Shown here: positions 39,996 through 50,400 of the stretch, in pieces | Layout of the letters: the number at the start of each line of letters is the position of its first letter | How positions within the stretch are numbered: the stretch's first letter is position 1 | DNA from: an uncultured Ignavibacteria bacterium | GTDB lineage: Bacteria; Zixibacteria; MSB-5A5; CAIYYT01 | Assembly (NCBI GenBank): GCA_964552775.1 | Contig: CAZKIH010000001.1 | Coordinates: forward strand, 195,287 to 259,286 | DNA length: 64,000 bases | Direction of reading: 5' to 3' | The notes under the pieces: generated by a model | Database searches by the model: none | Told to the model about the DNA's origin: nothing | The model's input: the letters and a program-made list of their open reading frames with translations, nothing else | Position numbers and translations under genes: made by a program

Positions 39996-41192
39996 ATGAG
40001 CGATTTCAAGACAGATAATGTCGATCTTTCCGGACTTAAGATAGACAAAACGAAGAAGAGTGGCGCGCCCAGCCGTGGTCGTAAGTGGCTGCATTTGCTC
40101 TGGTTACTTGTGCCGGTCATTCTGTTCTTTGGATACCGACTGACGATTGACAAAATTACGCCCGCAGCCAAGGTGAAGATTGCCACTGCGCAGATGTTAA
40201 CCGGCACTGACGCTGCCGCCGAACTCGTTGCAACAGGATATGTGGTTGCGCAGGTCAAAGCTGCCGTTGCATCGAAGGCGACGGGCCGACTCGAAGTGTT
40301 GAATGTCGAGGAGGGTGATATTGTCTCAGCCAATCAGATTCTGGCAATACTCGACAACGCCGATGTCAAGGCCGACCTTGAACGGGCTAAGGCAAATCTC
40401 GCAATGGCTCGGGCCGACTCAACAGACGCAATCATCAGGCTGAATCGAGCCAATGAATTGATTAAATCAGGATCTACTACGCAGGACATAGTGGACGCCG
40501 CCAAGGCGAACTATGACCGAGCGAAAGCGTCCGTCGAAGTAGCTCTCGCAGGCGTTCGTTATTCCGAAGTGGCCGTCGAAAACACAATTATTCGTGCTCC
40601 ATTCGACGGTACTGTGTTGTCCAAGGACGCTGATGTGGGCGAGATGGTGGCACCATTTTCATCTGCGGGATCGTCGCGTGGCGCGGTCGTGACCTTGGCA
40701 GACATGAAATCACTCGAGGTCGAGGCCGACGTCTCTGAATCCAATATTTATAAGGTGAGAGTCGGGGCTCCGTGTGAGATCGTGCTTGACGCGTACCCGA
40801 ATGAGAAATACCCGGGAATGGTAAAGAAGATTGTTCCGACGGCTGATCGTTCACGCGCCACGGTAATGACCAAGATCGCGTTTTCCCGGATTGACGAGAA
40901 GGTCTTGCCGGAAATGTCCGCACGCGTTAATTTTCTCTCGGAGAAAGACACTGTTTATAAGGCGGCCATGCCGGCAGTGATCGCCGTGCCCAAATCTGCC
41001 GTTACGAACCGCGATGATCGTCGAGTGGTTTACAGGATTGTTGGCGAAAGTGTCTCGGAAGTGGCAGTACAGGTTGGTCGCGAGCTGGGCACATTCACAG
41101 AAATCGTGTCCGGGATTGCCGTGGGCGATCAAGTTGTATTATCGCCGGCTGGTGCCATGAAATCGGGCGACAAGATAGAAATTTCAAAATAA
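39996..41192 (+). CDS. efflux transporter periplasmic adaptor subunit (HlyD/MacA family)
   Basis: N-terminal TM, coiled-coil hairpin (ADLERAKANLAMARAD...YDRAKASVEVALAG), and beta-barrel/MP domains. Confidence 0.85.
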   Translation: MSDFKTDNVDLSGLKIDKTKKSGAPSRGRKWLHLLWLLVPVILFFGYRLTIDKITPAAKVKIATAQMLTGTDAAAELVATGYVVAQVKAAVASKATGRLEVLNVEEGDIVSANQILAILDNADVKADLERAKANLAMARADSTDAIIRLNRANELIKSGSTTQDIVDAAKANYDRAKASVEVALAGVRYSEVAVENTIIRAPFDGTVLSKDADVGEMVAPFSSAGSSRGAVVTLADMKSLEVEADVSESNIYKVRVGAPCEIVLDAYPNEKYPGMVKKIVPTADRSRATVMTKIAFSRIDEKVLPEMSARVNFLSEKDTVYKAAMPAVIAVPKSAVTNRDDRRVVYRIVGESVSEVAVQVGRELGTFTEIVSGIAVGDQVVLSPAGAMKSGDKIEISK

Positions 41193-41211
41193 TTGATATA
41201 GAAGGAATCCC

Positions 41212-41886
41212 ATGGCAGAACCTTTGGTGCAGGTGCGCGGAGTCTCGAAGTCGTATTATCGCGATTCACTGGAAATACCGGTATTGCGCAACATTAGTTT
41301 TGACATCCCCGCTGGGGAGTTTCTCGCTTTGATGGGCCCATCGGGCTCCGGCAAGACGACATTACTCAATTTGATTTCAGGAATTGACCAGCCGAGTGGC
41401 GGTGATCTCGTTGTTGCCGGTGAAAACATTGCGCGGCTTAGTGAAGGTCAGTTGGCGAAGTGGCGCTCTCAGCACATCGGCCTGGTCTTCCAGTTCTACA
41501 ACTTGCTTCCGGTACTAACGGCCTACGAAAATGTCGAGCTGCCGCTGTTGCTTTATAAGCTGTCGAAGTCCGACCGCAGGAAACGAGTGGAGACGGCTCT
41601 GACGATTGTGGGCCTTGGCGATCGCATGGATCATTTTCCGCGCCAGCTTTCCGGCGGGCAGGAACAACGAGTGGCGATTGCGCGCGCAATTGTCACGGAT
41701 CCAACCCTGCTCCTGGCAGACGAACCGACCGGCGATCTGGATAAACACTCCGCGGAAGAGATCATGACTCTGCTCACGCGCCTTAACAAGGAGTTCAACA
41801 AGACAATTATCATGGTAACCCACGATCCGCGCGCCGCCGAGAAAGCGAAAGTGATTCGCAATCTCGACAAGGGCGAGTTGGCTTAG
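41212..41886 (+). CDS. ABC transporter ATP-binding protein (MacB/LolD-type)
   Basis: Walker [13 protein letters not shown], signature [14 protein letters not shown], Walker [13 protein letters not shown]. Confidence 0.9.
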   Translation: MAEPLVQVRGVSKSYYRDSLEIPVLRNISFDIPAGEFLALMGPSGSGKTTLLNLISGIDQPSGGDLVVAGENIARLSEGQLAKWRSQHIGLVFQFYNLLPVLTAYENVELPLLLYKLSKSDRRKRVETALTIVGLGDRMDHFPRQLSGGQEQRVAIARAIVTDPTLLLADEPTGDLDKHSAEEIMTLLTRLNKEFNKTIIMVTHDPRAAEKAKVIRNLDKGELA

Positions 41887-41894
41887 GTGCGACG

Positions 41895-43049
41895 ATGTTG
41901 ACCAAACTGATCCTCCGGAACTCGTTTAGGCACAAGTTGCGAACGGCGCTAACAATCGTCGGTCTTGCGGTGGCAGTCATGGCTTTTGGTTTGATCCGCA
42001 CCGTTGTCGATGCCTGGTATGCAGGCGTGGAGGCTTCCGCTCCCGATCGACTGGTCACTCGCAGTTCGGTATCGATAATCTTTACTCTGCCACTTGCTTA
42101 CCGTGACCAAATAGCCAAAGTGGACGGGGTCAAGCAAGTGACTTACGCCAACTGGTTTGGCGGGATCTATGTTGACCCCAAGGACTTCTTCGCTCAGTTT
42201 GCAGTCGAGCGAGACAATTACTTCTCGATGTTTCCTGAGTTCATCATCTCTCCAGACGTACTCGATGCTTTCAACTCCAACATCAAAGGTGTGATCATCG
42301 GCCAGAAGTTGGCAGATCGATTCAAGTGGAAGGTAGGCGAGCGCGTGACTCTGATCGGCACAATCTACCCCGGCAACTGGGACTTTGATATTGTCGGTAT
42401 CTACAAGGGCAAGGATCAGACTATTGACGAATCCACCTGGTTTATGCGCTGGGACTACATTGATGAGACGATGAAACAGCAAATGCCGGGAAGGGCCGGT
42501 GAAGTTGGCTGGTACGGTCTCAAGCTCGAGGACCCCAACAAAGCAGCCGAAGTCTCGGCCGCGGTTGATGCACGATTCAAGAATTCATCGGCTGAGACAT
42601 TGACTGAAACTGAGAAAGCGTTTCAGATGAGCTTTGTCTCGATGTCCGGCGCAATCCTGGTTCTCCTGACGGTGATGTCCTGGCTGATCATCGGGGTCAT
42701 ATTGATGGTTCTGATCAACACAATGGCGATGACGGCGAGAGAACGCACCTCCGAGTACGCCTTCATGAAGTCGATGGGATTTCAAGGTTATCATCTCTGG
42801 GGAATGATCTCAGGTGAGGCAATCCTGATTTCGATATCCGGTGGAGCGTTAGGGCTGGGTCTACTGGCTGCCGTAGTCAATGTCCTCAAAGCAGGACTCA
42901 GCGCGTGGTTTCCCGTATTCAAAATACAGCCGCTGACCTGGGTCATGGTTGTTTCACTGGCGATCGCGATCGGATTGGTTGCATCGGCGTTTCCCGTACT
43001 GAAGGCAATGCGCACACGCATCGTCGACGGGCTGCGGATTGTGGATTGA
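41895..43049 (+). CDS. ABC transporter permease, FtsX-like (MacB/LolC-type periplasmic domain)
   Basis: 384 aa with 4 TM helices and a large periplasmic loop between TM1 and TM2. Confidence 0.8.
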   Translation: MLTKLILRNSFRHKLRTALTIVGLAVAVMAFGLIRTVVDAWYAGVEASAPDRLVTRSSVSIIFTLPLAYRDQIAKVDGVKQVTYANWFGGIYVDPKDFFAQFAVERDNYFSMFPEFIISPDVLDAFNSNIKGVIIGQKLADRFKWKVGERVTLIGTIYPGNWDFDIVGIYKGKDQTIDESTWFMRWDYIDETMKQQMPGRAGEVGWYGLKLEDPNKAAEVSAAVDARFKNSSAETLTETEKAFQMSFVSMSGAILVLLTVMSWLIIGVILMVLINTMAMTARERTSEYAFMKSMGFQGYHLWGMISGEAILISISGGALGLGLLAAVVNVLKAGLSAWFPVFKIQPLTWVMVVSLAIAIGLVASAFPVLKAMRTRIVDGLRIVD

Positions 43050-43057
43050 TGAGGTAA

Positions 43058-44224
43058 ATGATGATTCCTGCAAGTTACACCATTAGAAATATAACCAAAC
43101 ACAAGGTGACGTCGGGACTGACCATTCTCGGCGTCAGTTTAGTGGTCTTTGTATTTTCGGCAGTTTTGATGCTTGCTCACGGCCTGTTCGCCACAATGGT
43201 GGCGACTGGAAGCGATGACAATGTTGTGATTATTCGCAAAGCCTCACAATCGGAGGTGACATCGATTATCATGCGCGATCAGGCTGACATTGTTTCAACT
43301 TTCCCCGAAATCAAACCCGGCACGGACGGTAAGCCGCTGTTCACCAATGAAATCTATGTCTTGATTAGCCTCGACAAGCGGGATGGCGAGGGCAGTTCCA
43401 ACGTCACGGTTCGCGGCGTCACAGAGAAATCACTCGAGATGAGACCTGACATCAAGATGATTGAAGGTCGCATGTACAAGCCGGGTACGGCGGAGATCAT
43501 CGCGGGCAAATCGATCGCTCGTCGTTTCAAGGGTTGTCAGGTCGGTGAGCAGGTCAGATTCGGCTCGCGCGAATGGACGGTCGTGGGCATCTTTGATGCT
43601 TCCGGCTCAGCCTTTGACTCGGAGGTTTGGGGCGACATTGAGCAAATGATGGATGCTTTTCGACGTCCGGTGTATTCCTCCCTGACAATGAAACTGAGCG
43701 ATCCTTCGAGTCTCACCGCAGTCCAGTCGCGTATTGAAAGCGATGTTCGCTTACAACTCGAGGTCAAACCGGAGAAGGAATACTATGCAGCTCAGTCAGA
43801 AGCGACCACAAGCTTCATCATGATAATCGGGGTAGCCATCTGCATAATCTTTAGTTTCGGCGCTGTCGTCGGCGCTATGATCACCATGTACGCCGCCGTC
43901 GCTAATCGAACCAAAGAGATCGGCACTTTGCGGTCACTCGGTTTCAATCGCCTGAGCATTCTGATGGCATTTCTCTTCGAGGCATTTGTGATTTCGCTGG
44001 TCGGTGGGACAGTTGGTCTTGTCGCTGCAAGCTTCCTTCGATTTGTCCAGGTATCGACGGTGAATTTCAACACCTTTTCCGAACTCGCATTTAACTTCAC
44101 GCTGAATGGCCCAACAGTGGTCGCCGCGATTCTTTTCGCAGTGGTGATGGGATTCCTGGGAGGATTCCTGCCTGCAGTGCGGGCGTCGCGTTTGAAGATT
44201 GTCGATTCGCTGCGCGCAACTTAG
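43058..44224 (+). CDS. ABC transporter permease, FtsX-like (second copy)
   Basis: 388 aa with the same topology as the upstream permease. Confidence 0.8.
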   Translation: MMIPASYTIRNITKHKVTSGLTILGVSLVVFVFSAVLMLAHGLFATMVATGSDDNVVIIRKASQSEVTSIIMRDQADIVSTFPEIKPGTDGKPLFTNEIYVLISLDKRDGEGSSNVTVRGVTEKSLEMRPDIKMIEGRMYKPGTAEIIAGKSIARRFKGCQVGEQVRFGSREWTVVGIFDASGSAFDSEVWGDIEQMMDAFRRPVYSSLTMKLSDPSSLTAVQSRIESDVRLQLEVKPEKEYYAAQSEATTSFIMIIGVAICIIFSFGAVVGAMITMYAAVANRTKEIGTLRSLGFNRLSILMAFLFEAFVISLVGGTVGLVAASFLRFVQVSTVNFNTFSELAFNFTLNGPTVVAAILFAVVMGFLGGFLPAVRASRLKIVDSLRAT

Positions 44225-44295
44225 GTCACATTCTTGCCGATATTAATCATGTTGACAGGCTTTTCGCTTGTTGATATATTCGAGTTAGATTTCAC

Positions 44296-44369
44296 TGGGA
44301 CATGGTGAAATGGTATCACAACTGACTCTGGATCAGTTTTTCGGGGTTCGAATCCCTGTGTCCCAGCCA
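44296..44369 (+). tRNA. tRNA-Gln (anticodon CUG)
   Basis: A 74-nt cloverleaf folded by eye. Acceptor TGGGACA/TGTCCCA; D-arm GTGA-AATGGTA-TCAC; anticodon arm ACTGA-CTCTGGA-TCAGT (CTG at 34-36); T-arm CGGGG-TTCGAAT-CCCTG; discriminator G and an encoded CCA. Confidence 0.75.
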
Positions 44370-44454
44370 TTTTTTCCCCCCGTACAGCTTAGTTAAATAG
44401 CCGCTCGCGTTTGCCCAGCCGAGCTTTGAAACGCAGTGCAATTTGCCGGCTTGT

Positions 44455-45807
44455 TCACCTTGCGTGTGGCGTCGTTCCCTTAAGCTGTGCACTCTCCTTT
44501 TTTTCACCTCCAAACTGAATTCCGATTCCCTTGAGGAATTCGTATGGCGGCTCTCCACCCGCAAAGACGAAGACATAGTCGTTGACAAGAACAAGTTCAC
44601 CCGATTTCGCGGCGAGGACGACGTTTTCGGTACCTATTCGTTTTACCTGTGAATCAAACACGGCTTTGATCTTGCCGTTTTGTATTAGTTTGTAGACCGC
44701 GTTCTCATTCTTTTTCTTGATCCGATAGAACGCGTCGCGGCGGTACGAAATTGTGACACGATTATTGGGTTGCCGCGCTAACCCGACCGCCGCTTCGATG
44801 GCAGAATCGCCGCCGCCGACAACCAGCAAGTCGCGCCCGTTGTAAGATTGTGCGTCAACCAATTGATACATGACCTTGGGAAGTTCTTCACCGGCTACGT
44901 TGAGCTGCCGCGGCGTTCCCCGGCGTCCGATCGCAATCAAGACGTTTGCGCACGCGTACGTTGCGCGATTGGTCGCGACAGTGAAACCTTGTGGGGCCGG
45001 CATGACACCGATTAGCTTCTCGCTACCGTGGAAACTGCCGGCAATCTTGGTTCGCAGTTGATCCCACAGTTCGATCAAGAACTCCTTGCTGTACTCGTCC
45101 TTCTTGAGTTGACCGTACAATGGCAAATCCAGAGGCTGCGTCATTACAAGTTTGTTGCGCGGGTAATGACGAATGGCGCCGCCAAGATCATCCTGGTCAA
45201 TCAGCAGATAGCGAATTCCCAATTCCTGTGCCCTCAATGCCGCGGTAATTCCGGCTGGTCCGGCGCCGACAATAATGACGGCGTACTCGTAACTCATTCT
45301 TGTTTCTCTAATCCTGTCGGCAATCGTATCAATCACCAATTTGCCGTGGCTCACCGCGTTGCGAATGAGCGAGATGCCGCTCAACTCCCCGGCGATGAAG
45401 ATTCCAGGAACTGTGGTCTCCATAGTTTTGCTCAATACTGGAATGTCAGGGCGATCGCGGACATCGCCGAGCCCAACCTTTATTGCCCCAACTGGACACT
45501 CTTTTTCACAGGCGCCGTGTCCGACGCATCGTTCTCCGTTGATGATAGTGGCAACTCCATGAACGATACCAATCACATCACCTTCGGGACAGACCATCGT
45601 GCAAGTTCCACAGCCGATACAGAGACTCGAATTAATGAACGGAAACTGCGAACGCGGGCGGTCGATTCCCAGGGCGCGTGCTTCCGCCTTGCGTTCGATT
45701 GCAAGCTTGCGCTCGATCAGGAATTTGCGGACGTAAATCCCGAGGATGATCGAGGAAACCACAATCGTCACAATCCACGTATAGACTGACTCCATGCAAC
45801 GCCTCAA
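44455..45807 (-). CDS. membrane-anchored 4Fe-4S dicluster ferredoxin domain fused to FAD/NAD(P)-binding (thioredoxin-reductase-like) oxidoreductase
   Basis: N-terminal TM helix; two Cys clusters CIGCGTCTMVCP and CVGHGACEKECP; Rossmann motifs AVIIVGAGPAG and DLLVVGGGDSAIE. Last gene of the tightly packed cytochrome operon. Confidence 0.75.
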   Translation of the reverse strand: MRRCMESVYTWIVTIVVSSIILGIYVRKFLIERKLAIERKAEARALGIDRPRSQFPFINSSLCIGCGTCTMVCPEGDVIGIVHGVATIINGERCVGHGACEKECPVGAIKVGLGDVRDRPDIPVLSKTMETTVPGIFIAGELSGISLIRNAVSHGKLVIDTIADRIRETRMSYEYAVIIVGAGPAGITAALRAQELGIRYLLIDQDDLGGAIRHYPRNKLVMTQPLDLPLYGQLKKDEYSKEFLIELWDQLRTKIAGSFHGSEKLIGVMPAPQGFTVATNRATYACANVLIAIGRRGTPRQLNVAGEELPKVMYQLVDAQSYNGRDLLVVGGGDSAIEAAVGLARQPNNRVTISYRRDAFYRIKKKNENAVYKLIQNGKIKAVFDSQVKRIGTENVVLAAKSGELVLVNDYVFVFAGGEPPYEFLKGIGIQFGGEKKESAQLKGTTPHAR

Positions 45808-45818
45808 TCACTTCCAAA

Positions 45819-47465
45819 TCAAAAACGCCGGCCGATCTCGGCGCGAAAAGTGTATCCGTCTGTGTCGTCGCCTGAATTTCGCTGATACAAGAGATCTGCA
45901 TACCAGTTTCGAATGGCCTCGATGCGCAGCACTCCCTCCCACCACCGATTGCGGCGAGAATCATTGCTCAGGACCAAGTTATATCGATACAATCCATTAG
46001 CAACTTCAGCCGATAACTTGTCCCCGAATCGTTGCGTTACCCGGACATTGTAGTTGTAGCCATCGTTGGTCGGTCCATCGAACTTTGAGTAGCGAGCGCT
46101 GATCCGGGTCTGCGATGTTGGTATTCCTGACTTGCTTGCATAGAAAACCAGTGATATCGTCGGATCGGCTTCATCAGCGGCTTTGCGGTATCCAATCTGC
46201 GAATTCAAATCGAAGTGGAACGGCAGATTGAGATAGAGATCTGCCCTTGCGCCACGGCGTAATTGATCGTCAAACAGGCTGTCGGCCAGCGACTGTTGGA
46301 TGTACGTCCAGTAATTGCGACGCGTATCGTACGACGAACCGACTGTCACCTGCTTGTTTATGCGCCAGCGGGCATTCAGGTAGACACTGGACAAATCGAA
46401 ACTTGCACTGGTTCTTTCCTTGCGCCACCCGCGATTGAAGTCGATTTCAAATTGATTGCTAAACCATAAGCCGCTGCCAACCTTCAGCGAACCTTGCAGA
46501 TTTATCAGTTCGCGGCTGATGCTGCTGCCGTGATATTCGCCGGCAAAAGCCGCGTACTGCTCAAAATGTGTATTGCCATGATTGATACTCTCGTAGCCAA
46601 CATAGCCGCCATACTTCTGAAGCGTCATGTCGTCGGAGGTATACTGCCATCTTGGCTTGATTCCGCCTGAGAGTCCAACGTGCCACCCTGATCCTACATG
46701 ACGATCAATGGCGGCGCCATCGACATAACCAACCCGGGTTAGATGACGCGGCAGAATCCTCCCCATTTGGAAGGTGGTCGCGTTGTCACTCCCGCCATAT
46801 GACAATGATAGTTCATAAATACGATTATCCCATTCGCTGTTCGAAGCTCCGGAAGAGTACTTTCTCGAGCGGTCATCATATTGTCCCCGGGTGCGGACAA
46901 CAAGCGTCATCGGCAGTGCCCATAGATTGCTGGCGCGCAGATTGAATCGCATAGTCGATTGGCTGAAATCAAGGCCACCACCCGACTTGTCGTGCTGTTT
47001 CATCCATTGCAGTGCCACTGAACCATTCAGTCGAGTTGATTTGTTGTCGCGTCTGGCTCGTGGTGTCTTTGCCGCGGGATTGGAACTGCCTGCATTCGCG
47101 GTTTCTGAATCAACGGTATCTTGAGGAGCAGGTTCCACTCGACCAATCCTACTAATCACGGTCAGTAGCTGTCCCGTTTTGAGCTCAGCGCTGCCGTTGA
47201 CGATTCTGCATGATGCTGAGTGGTCAGAAGCATACGCCACCTCCAAAGTCACGACAAGACTGTCACCGAGATACAATCCTAACCGGTCGCCTTGCATCAG
47301 ACCATCGGCCTTGCCACCTTCAAGGTAAACCCGATCGATGGAGCGGTACTTGATTCGATAACTCGCAGGGTGTTGCATCTCTTGCGAGAAGCATCGCGCA
47401 GAATTCAGTAATGTCCCGGTGACAAGCGCAATTAGTGCGAGGAGCAGAAGTGGCCGACGGATCAT
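45819..47465 (-). CDS. outer-membrane beta-barrel protein, candidate porin partner of the adjacent multiheme cytochromes
   Basis: Signal peptide MIRRPLLLLALIALVTGTLLNSARCFSQE and a long alternating-strand C-terminal region ending ...GYTFRAEIGRRF (terminal Phe, the OMP insertion signature). Its start codon abuts the stop of the 58-heme cytochrome gene. Confidence 0.6.
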   Translation of the reverse strand: MIRRPLLLLALIALVTGTLLNSARCFSQEMQHPASYRIKYRSIDRVYLEGGKADGLMQGDRLGLYLGDSLVVTLEVAYASDHSASCRIVNGSAELKTGQLLTVISRIGRVEPAPQDTVDSETANAGSSNPAAKTPRARRDNKSTRLNGSVALQWMKQHDKSGGGLDFSQSTMRFNLRASNLWALPMTLVVRTRGQYDDRSRKYSSGASNSEWDNRIYELSLSYGGSDNATTFQMGRILPRHLTRVGYVDGAAIDRHVGSGWHVGLSGGIKPRWQYTSDDMTLQKYGGYVGYESINHGNTHFEQYAAFAGEYHGSSISRELINLQGSLKVGSGLWFSNQFEIDFNRGWRKERTSASFDLSSVYLNARWRINKQVTVGSSYDTRRNYWTYIQQSLADSLFDDQLRRGARADLYLNLPFHFDLNSQIGYRKAADEADPTISLVFYASKSGIPTSQTRISARYSKFDGPTNDGYNYNVRVTQRFGDKLSAEVANGLYRYNLVLSNDSRRNRWWEGVLRIEAIRNWYADLLYQRNSGDDTDGYTFRAEIGRRF

Positions 47466-50400
47466 TTAATCGTTTCCATCCGGATGACAATTCAGGCATG
47501 CCGCACTCTGCCAAGAATAGCCATTCTCGTCCTGGTGTTTGTCATCCATCGTTGCCTGACTGTGCTCATGGCAGAAAATACACTCGAAAACAGCATAGTT
47601 GGACGTGTTGACATGGCAATCATTGCAATTATCCCATGCTTCTCGATGCTTGCCCGAGTAGATCGGAAAGTACTGCGTGTCATGATTCCAATTAGCCGGA
47701 GTCCATGCCGTTGTTGAGTGACAGGTCTGGCAATCGGTCGGGAAGTTCGCTGCAGCATGACTTGGCGCAGTAGTGCCACTGTAGGCATCTTGATGGCACG
47801 AGAAACACAACGTCGGTGTAGCGACGTATCCACCAGAATGGCAGGCGATGCACATCAATCCGACATGCGCGCCCGTTAACGGGAAGTTGGTCGTACTATG
47901 GTTAAATGATGCCGGCTCCCAGGCAGTGGTCGTGTGGCATTCAGTACATTGGTGCGAGAATCCATTCGTCACATGATTGGGATCGGTCACGGCTGCAAAA
48001 TCGCCTTGGTGGCAGCTATAACAGTCTGCTGGTGTATTGGTGTATCCCGCAGAGTGACAAGCGACACACTGCAGCCCGGTGTGACCGCCGGTGAGAGCGA
48101 AGCCCGTAGTGCTATGATTAAACGTCGACGGAGTCCAGACGGAAGTCGTGTGACAGGTCACGCAATTGTGATCAAAATTGTTAGCAACGTGATTCGGATC
48201 GGCAACGCCTGCAAAGTCTCCTTGGTGGCATGAATAACAAGCCGTTGACGTATTGGTATATCCTGACGAATGACAAGCGAGACATTGCAGTCCGGAATGT
48301 CCACCCGTAAGTGGGAATTGTGTCAGGCTGTGATCAAATGTCGCTGGCGTCCAAGCCGTGGTCCCGTGACAATTGGTGCAGAGTTGATCAAAATTGTTCG
48401 TCACATGATTAGGGTCAGACACCGCTGTGAAGTCGCCGGAGTGACATCCAAAACAAGTCTGGCTCGTGCCCGCATACGTTTGCGAATGACAAGAAATGCA
48501 CTGGAGCGAAGTATGTGCTCCCACTAACACAAATCCCGTGGTAGTGTGGTCCCAGTTGGTCGACTCCCAGTTCAAAGTGCCGTGACAAGTGGCACAGTTG
48601 TTGTCGAATCCGGCACTTGTATGATTCGGATTTGTGGCTTCAGTTACATCTGCTTGATGACATGATATGCAGGTGTTCGGGGTGTTTGTGTAGCCCGAAG
48701 TATGACAGCTTACGCAGGTCGCAGTTGAATGGGCTCCAGTTAACGTAAATCCAGTCTGGCTGTGATCAAAATTGCTCGGTTCCCAGGCTGTTGTGGAGTG
48801 ACAAGTGCTGCAGTCGTGGTCAAAGTTATTCTGCACATGATTGGGATTAGACGTTGAAGTGAAGTCACCGCTATGACAGTCAAAACAGAGGTTTGGCGTA
48901 TTCGTATAGCCGGTTGCATGGCATGAGATACAAGCCAGCGACGTGTGCGCCCCGGTTAACGCGAATCCTGTTGAGCTGTGGTTGAAATTGCTCGGTTCCC
49001 ATGCTGTTGTCGAGTGGCAAGTGCCGCAGTTATGGTCAAAGTTGTTCTGCACATGATTGGGGTCAGTCGTCCCCGCAAAGTCACCGCTATGGCAGTCGAA
49101 ACAGAGGTTCGGCGTATTCGTATAGCCGGTTGCATGACACGATATACACGCCAACGAAGTGTGGGCGCCGGTTAAATTGAACCCAGTTTGACTATGGTCA
49201 AAATCAGCAGGTTCCCACGCCGTTGTCGAGTGGCAAGTGCCGCAATTATGGTCAAAGTTGTTCTGCACATGATTGGGGTCAGTCGTCCCCGCAAAGTCAC
49301 CGCTATGACAGTCAAAACAAAGCGTCGGCGTATTCGTGTAACCCGTCGAATGGCATGAAATGCAGTTCGCCGATGTGTGCGCTCCAGTTAACACGAATCC
49401 GGTAGCAGAGTGGTCAAAAGATGACGGTTCCCACGCCGTTGTCGAGTGACAACTCGTACAGTCGTGATCAAAGTTGTTTTGCTCATGGTCAGGATCGGTC
49501 GTTCCCGCAAAGTCACCGCTATGACAGTCAAAACAAAGCGTCGGCGTATTCGTGTAACCCGTCGAATGGCATGAAATGCAGTTCGCCGATGTGTGCGCTC
49601 CAGTTAACACGAATCCGGTAGCAGAGTGGTCAAAAGATGACGGTTCCCACGCCGTTGTCGAGTGACAACTCGTACAGTCGTGATCAAAGTTGTTTTGCTC
49701 ATGGTCAGGATCAGTCGTTCCCGCAAAATCACCGCTATGACAGTCAAAACAAAGCGTCGGCGTATTGGTGTAACCCGTCGAATGGCATGAAATGCAGTTC
49801 GCCGATGTGTGGGCTCCAGTTAATACGAATCCGGTGGCAGAGTGGTCAAAAGATGACGGCTCCCACGCCATTGTCGAGTGACAACTCGTACAGTTGTGAT
49901 CAAAGTTGTTTGTCACGTGATTCGGATCGGTAGCTGATGCAAAGGCTTCGCTGTGACAGTCGAAGCATTGAGTGGCCGTCCCAACATAGCCCCCGCTATG
50001 GCAAGAGATACAAGCTAAGGTCTGATGTGCACCAGTCAGGGCAAACTGCGTCTGATTGTGATCGAACGTCGCCGGCGTCCAGGCAGAATTGGAGTGACAG
50101 GAAAGGCAGTTGTGATCAAAGTTCCCGCCTTCGTGGTCCGGATCATTCGCTTGAGCGAAGTCGCCTGAATGACAGGAAAAGCACTGTGGTGAGGTGTTCG
50201 CGTATCCACCCGAGTGACACGACTGGCAATCAAGTCCGACGTGTCCGCCTTCGAGGGGAAACCCCGTGAGTGCATGATCGTAACCGCGCGGATCAACTGG
50301 CAGCCATCCTGCGGTCGTATGACAGCCGGCACAATCATGGCCCAGTCCATTCGTTACATGGTTCGGATCAGTTGCGGCGGCAAATGCCATTTGATGGCAT

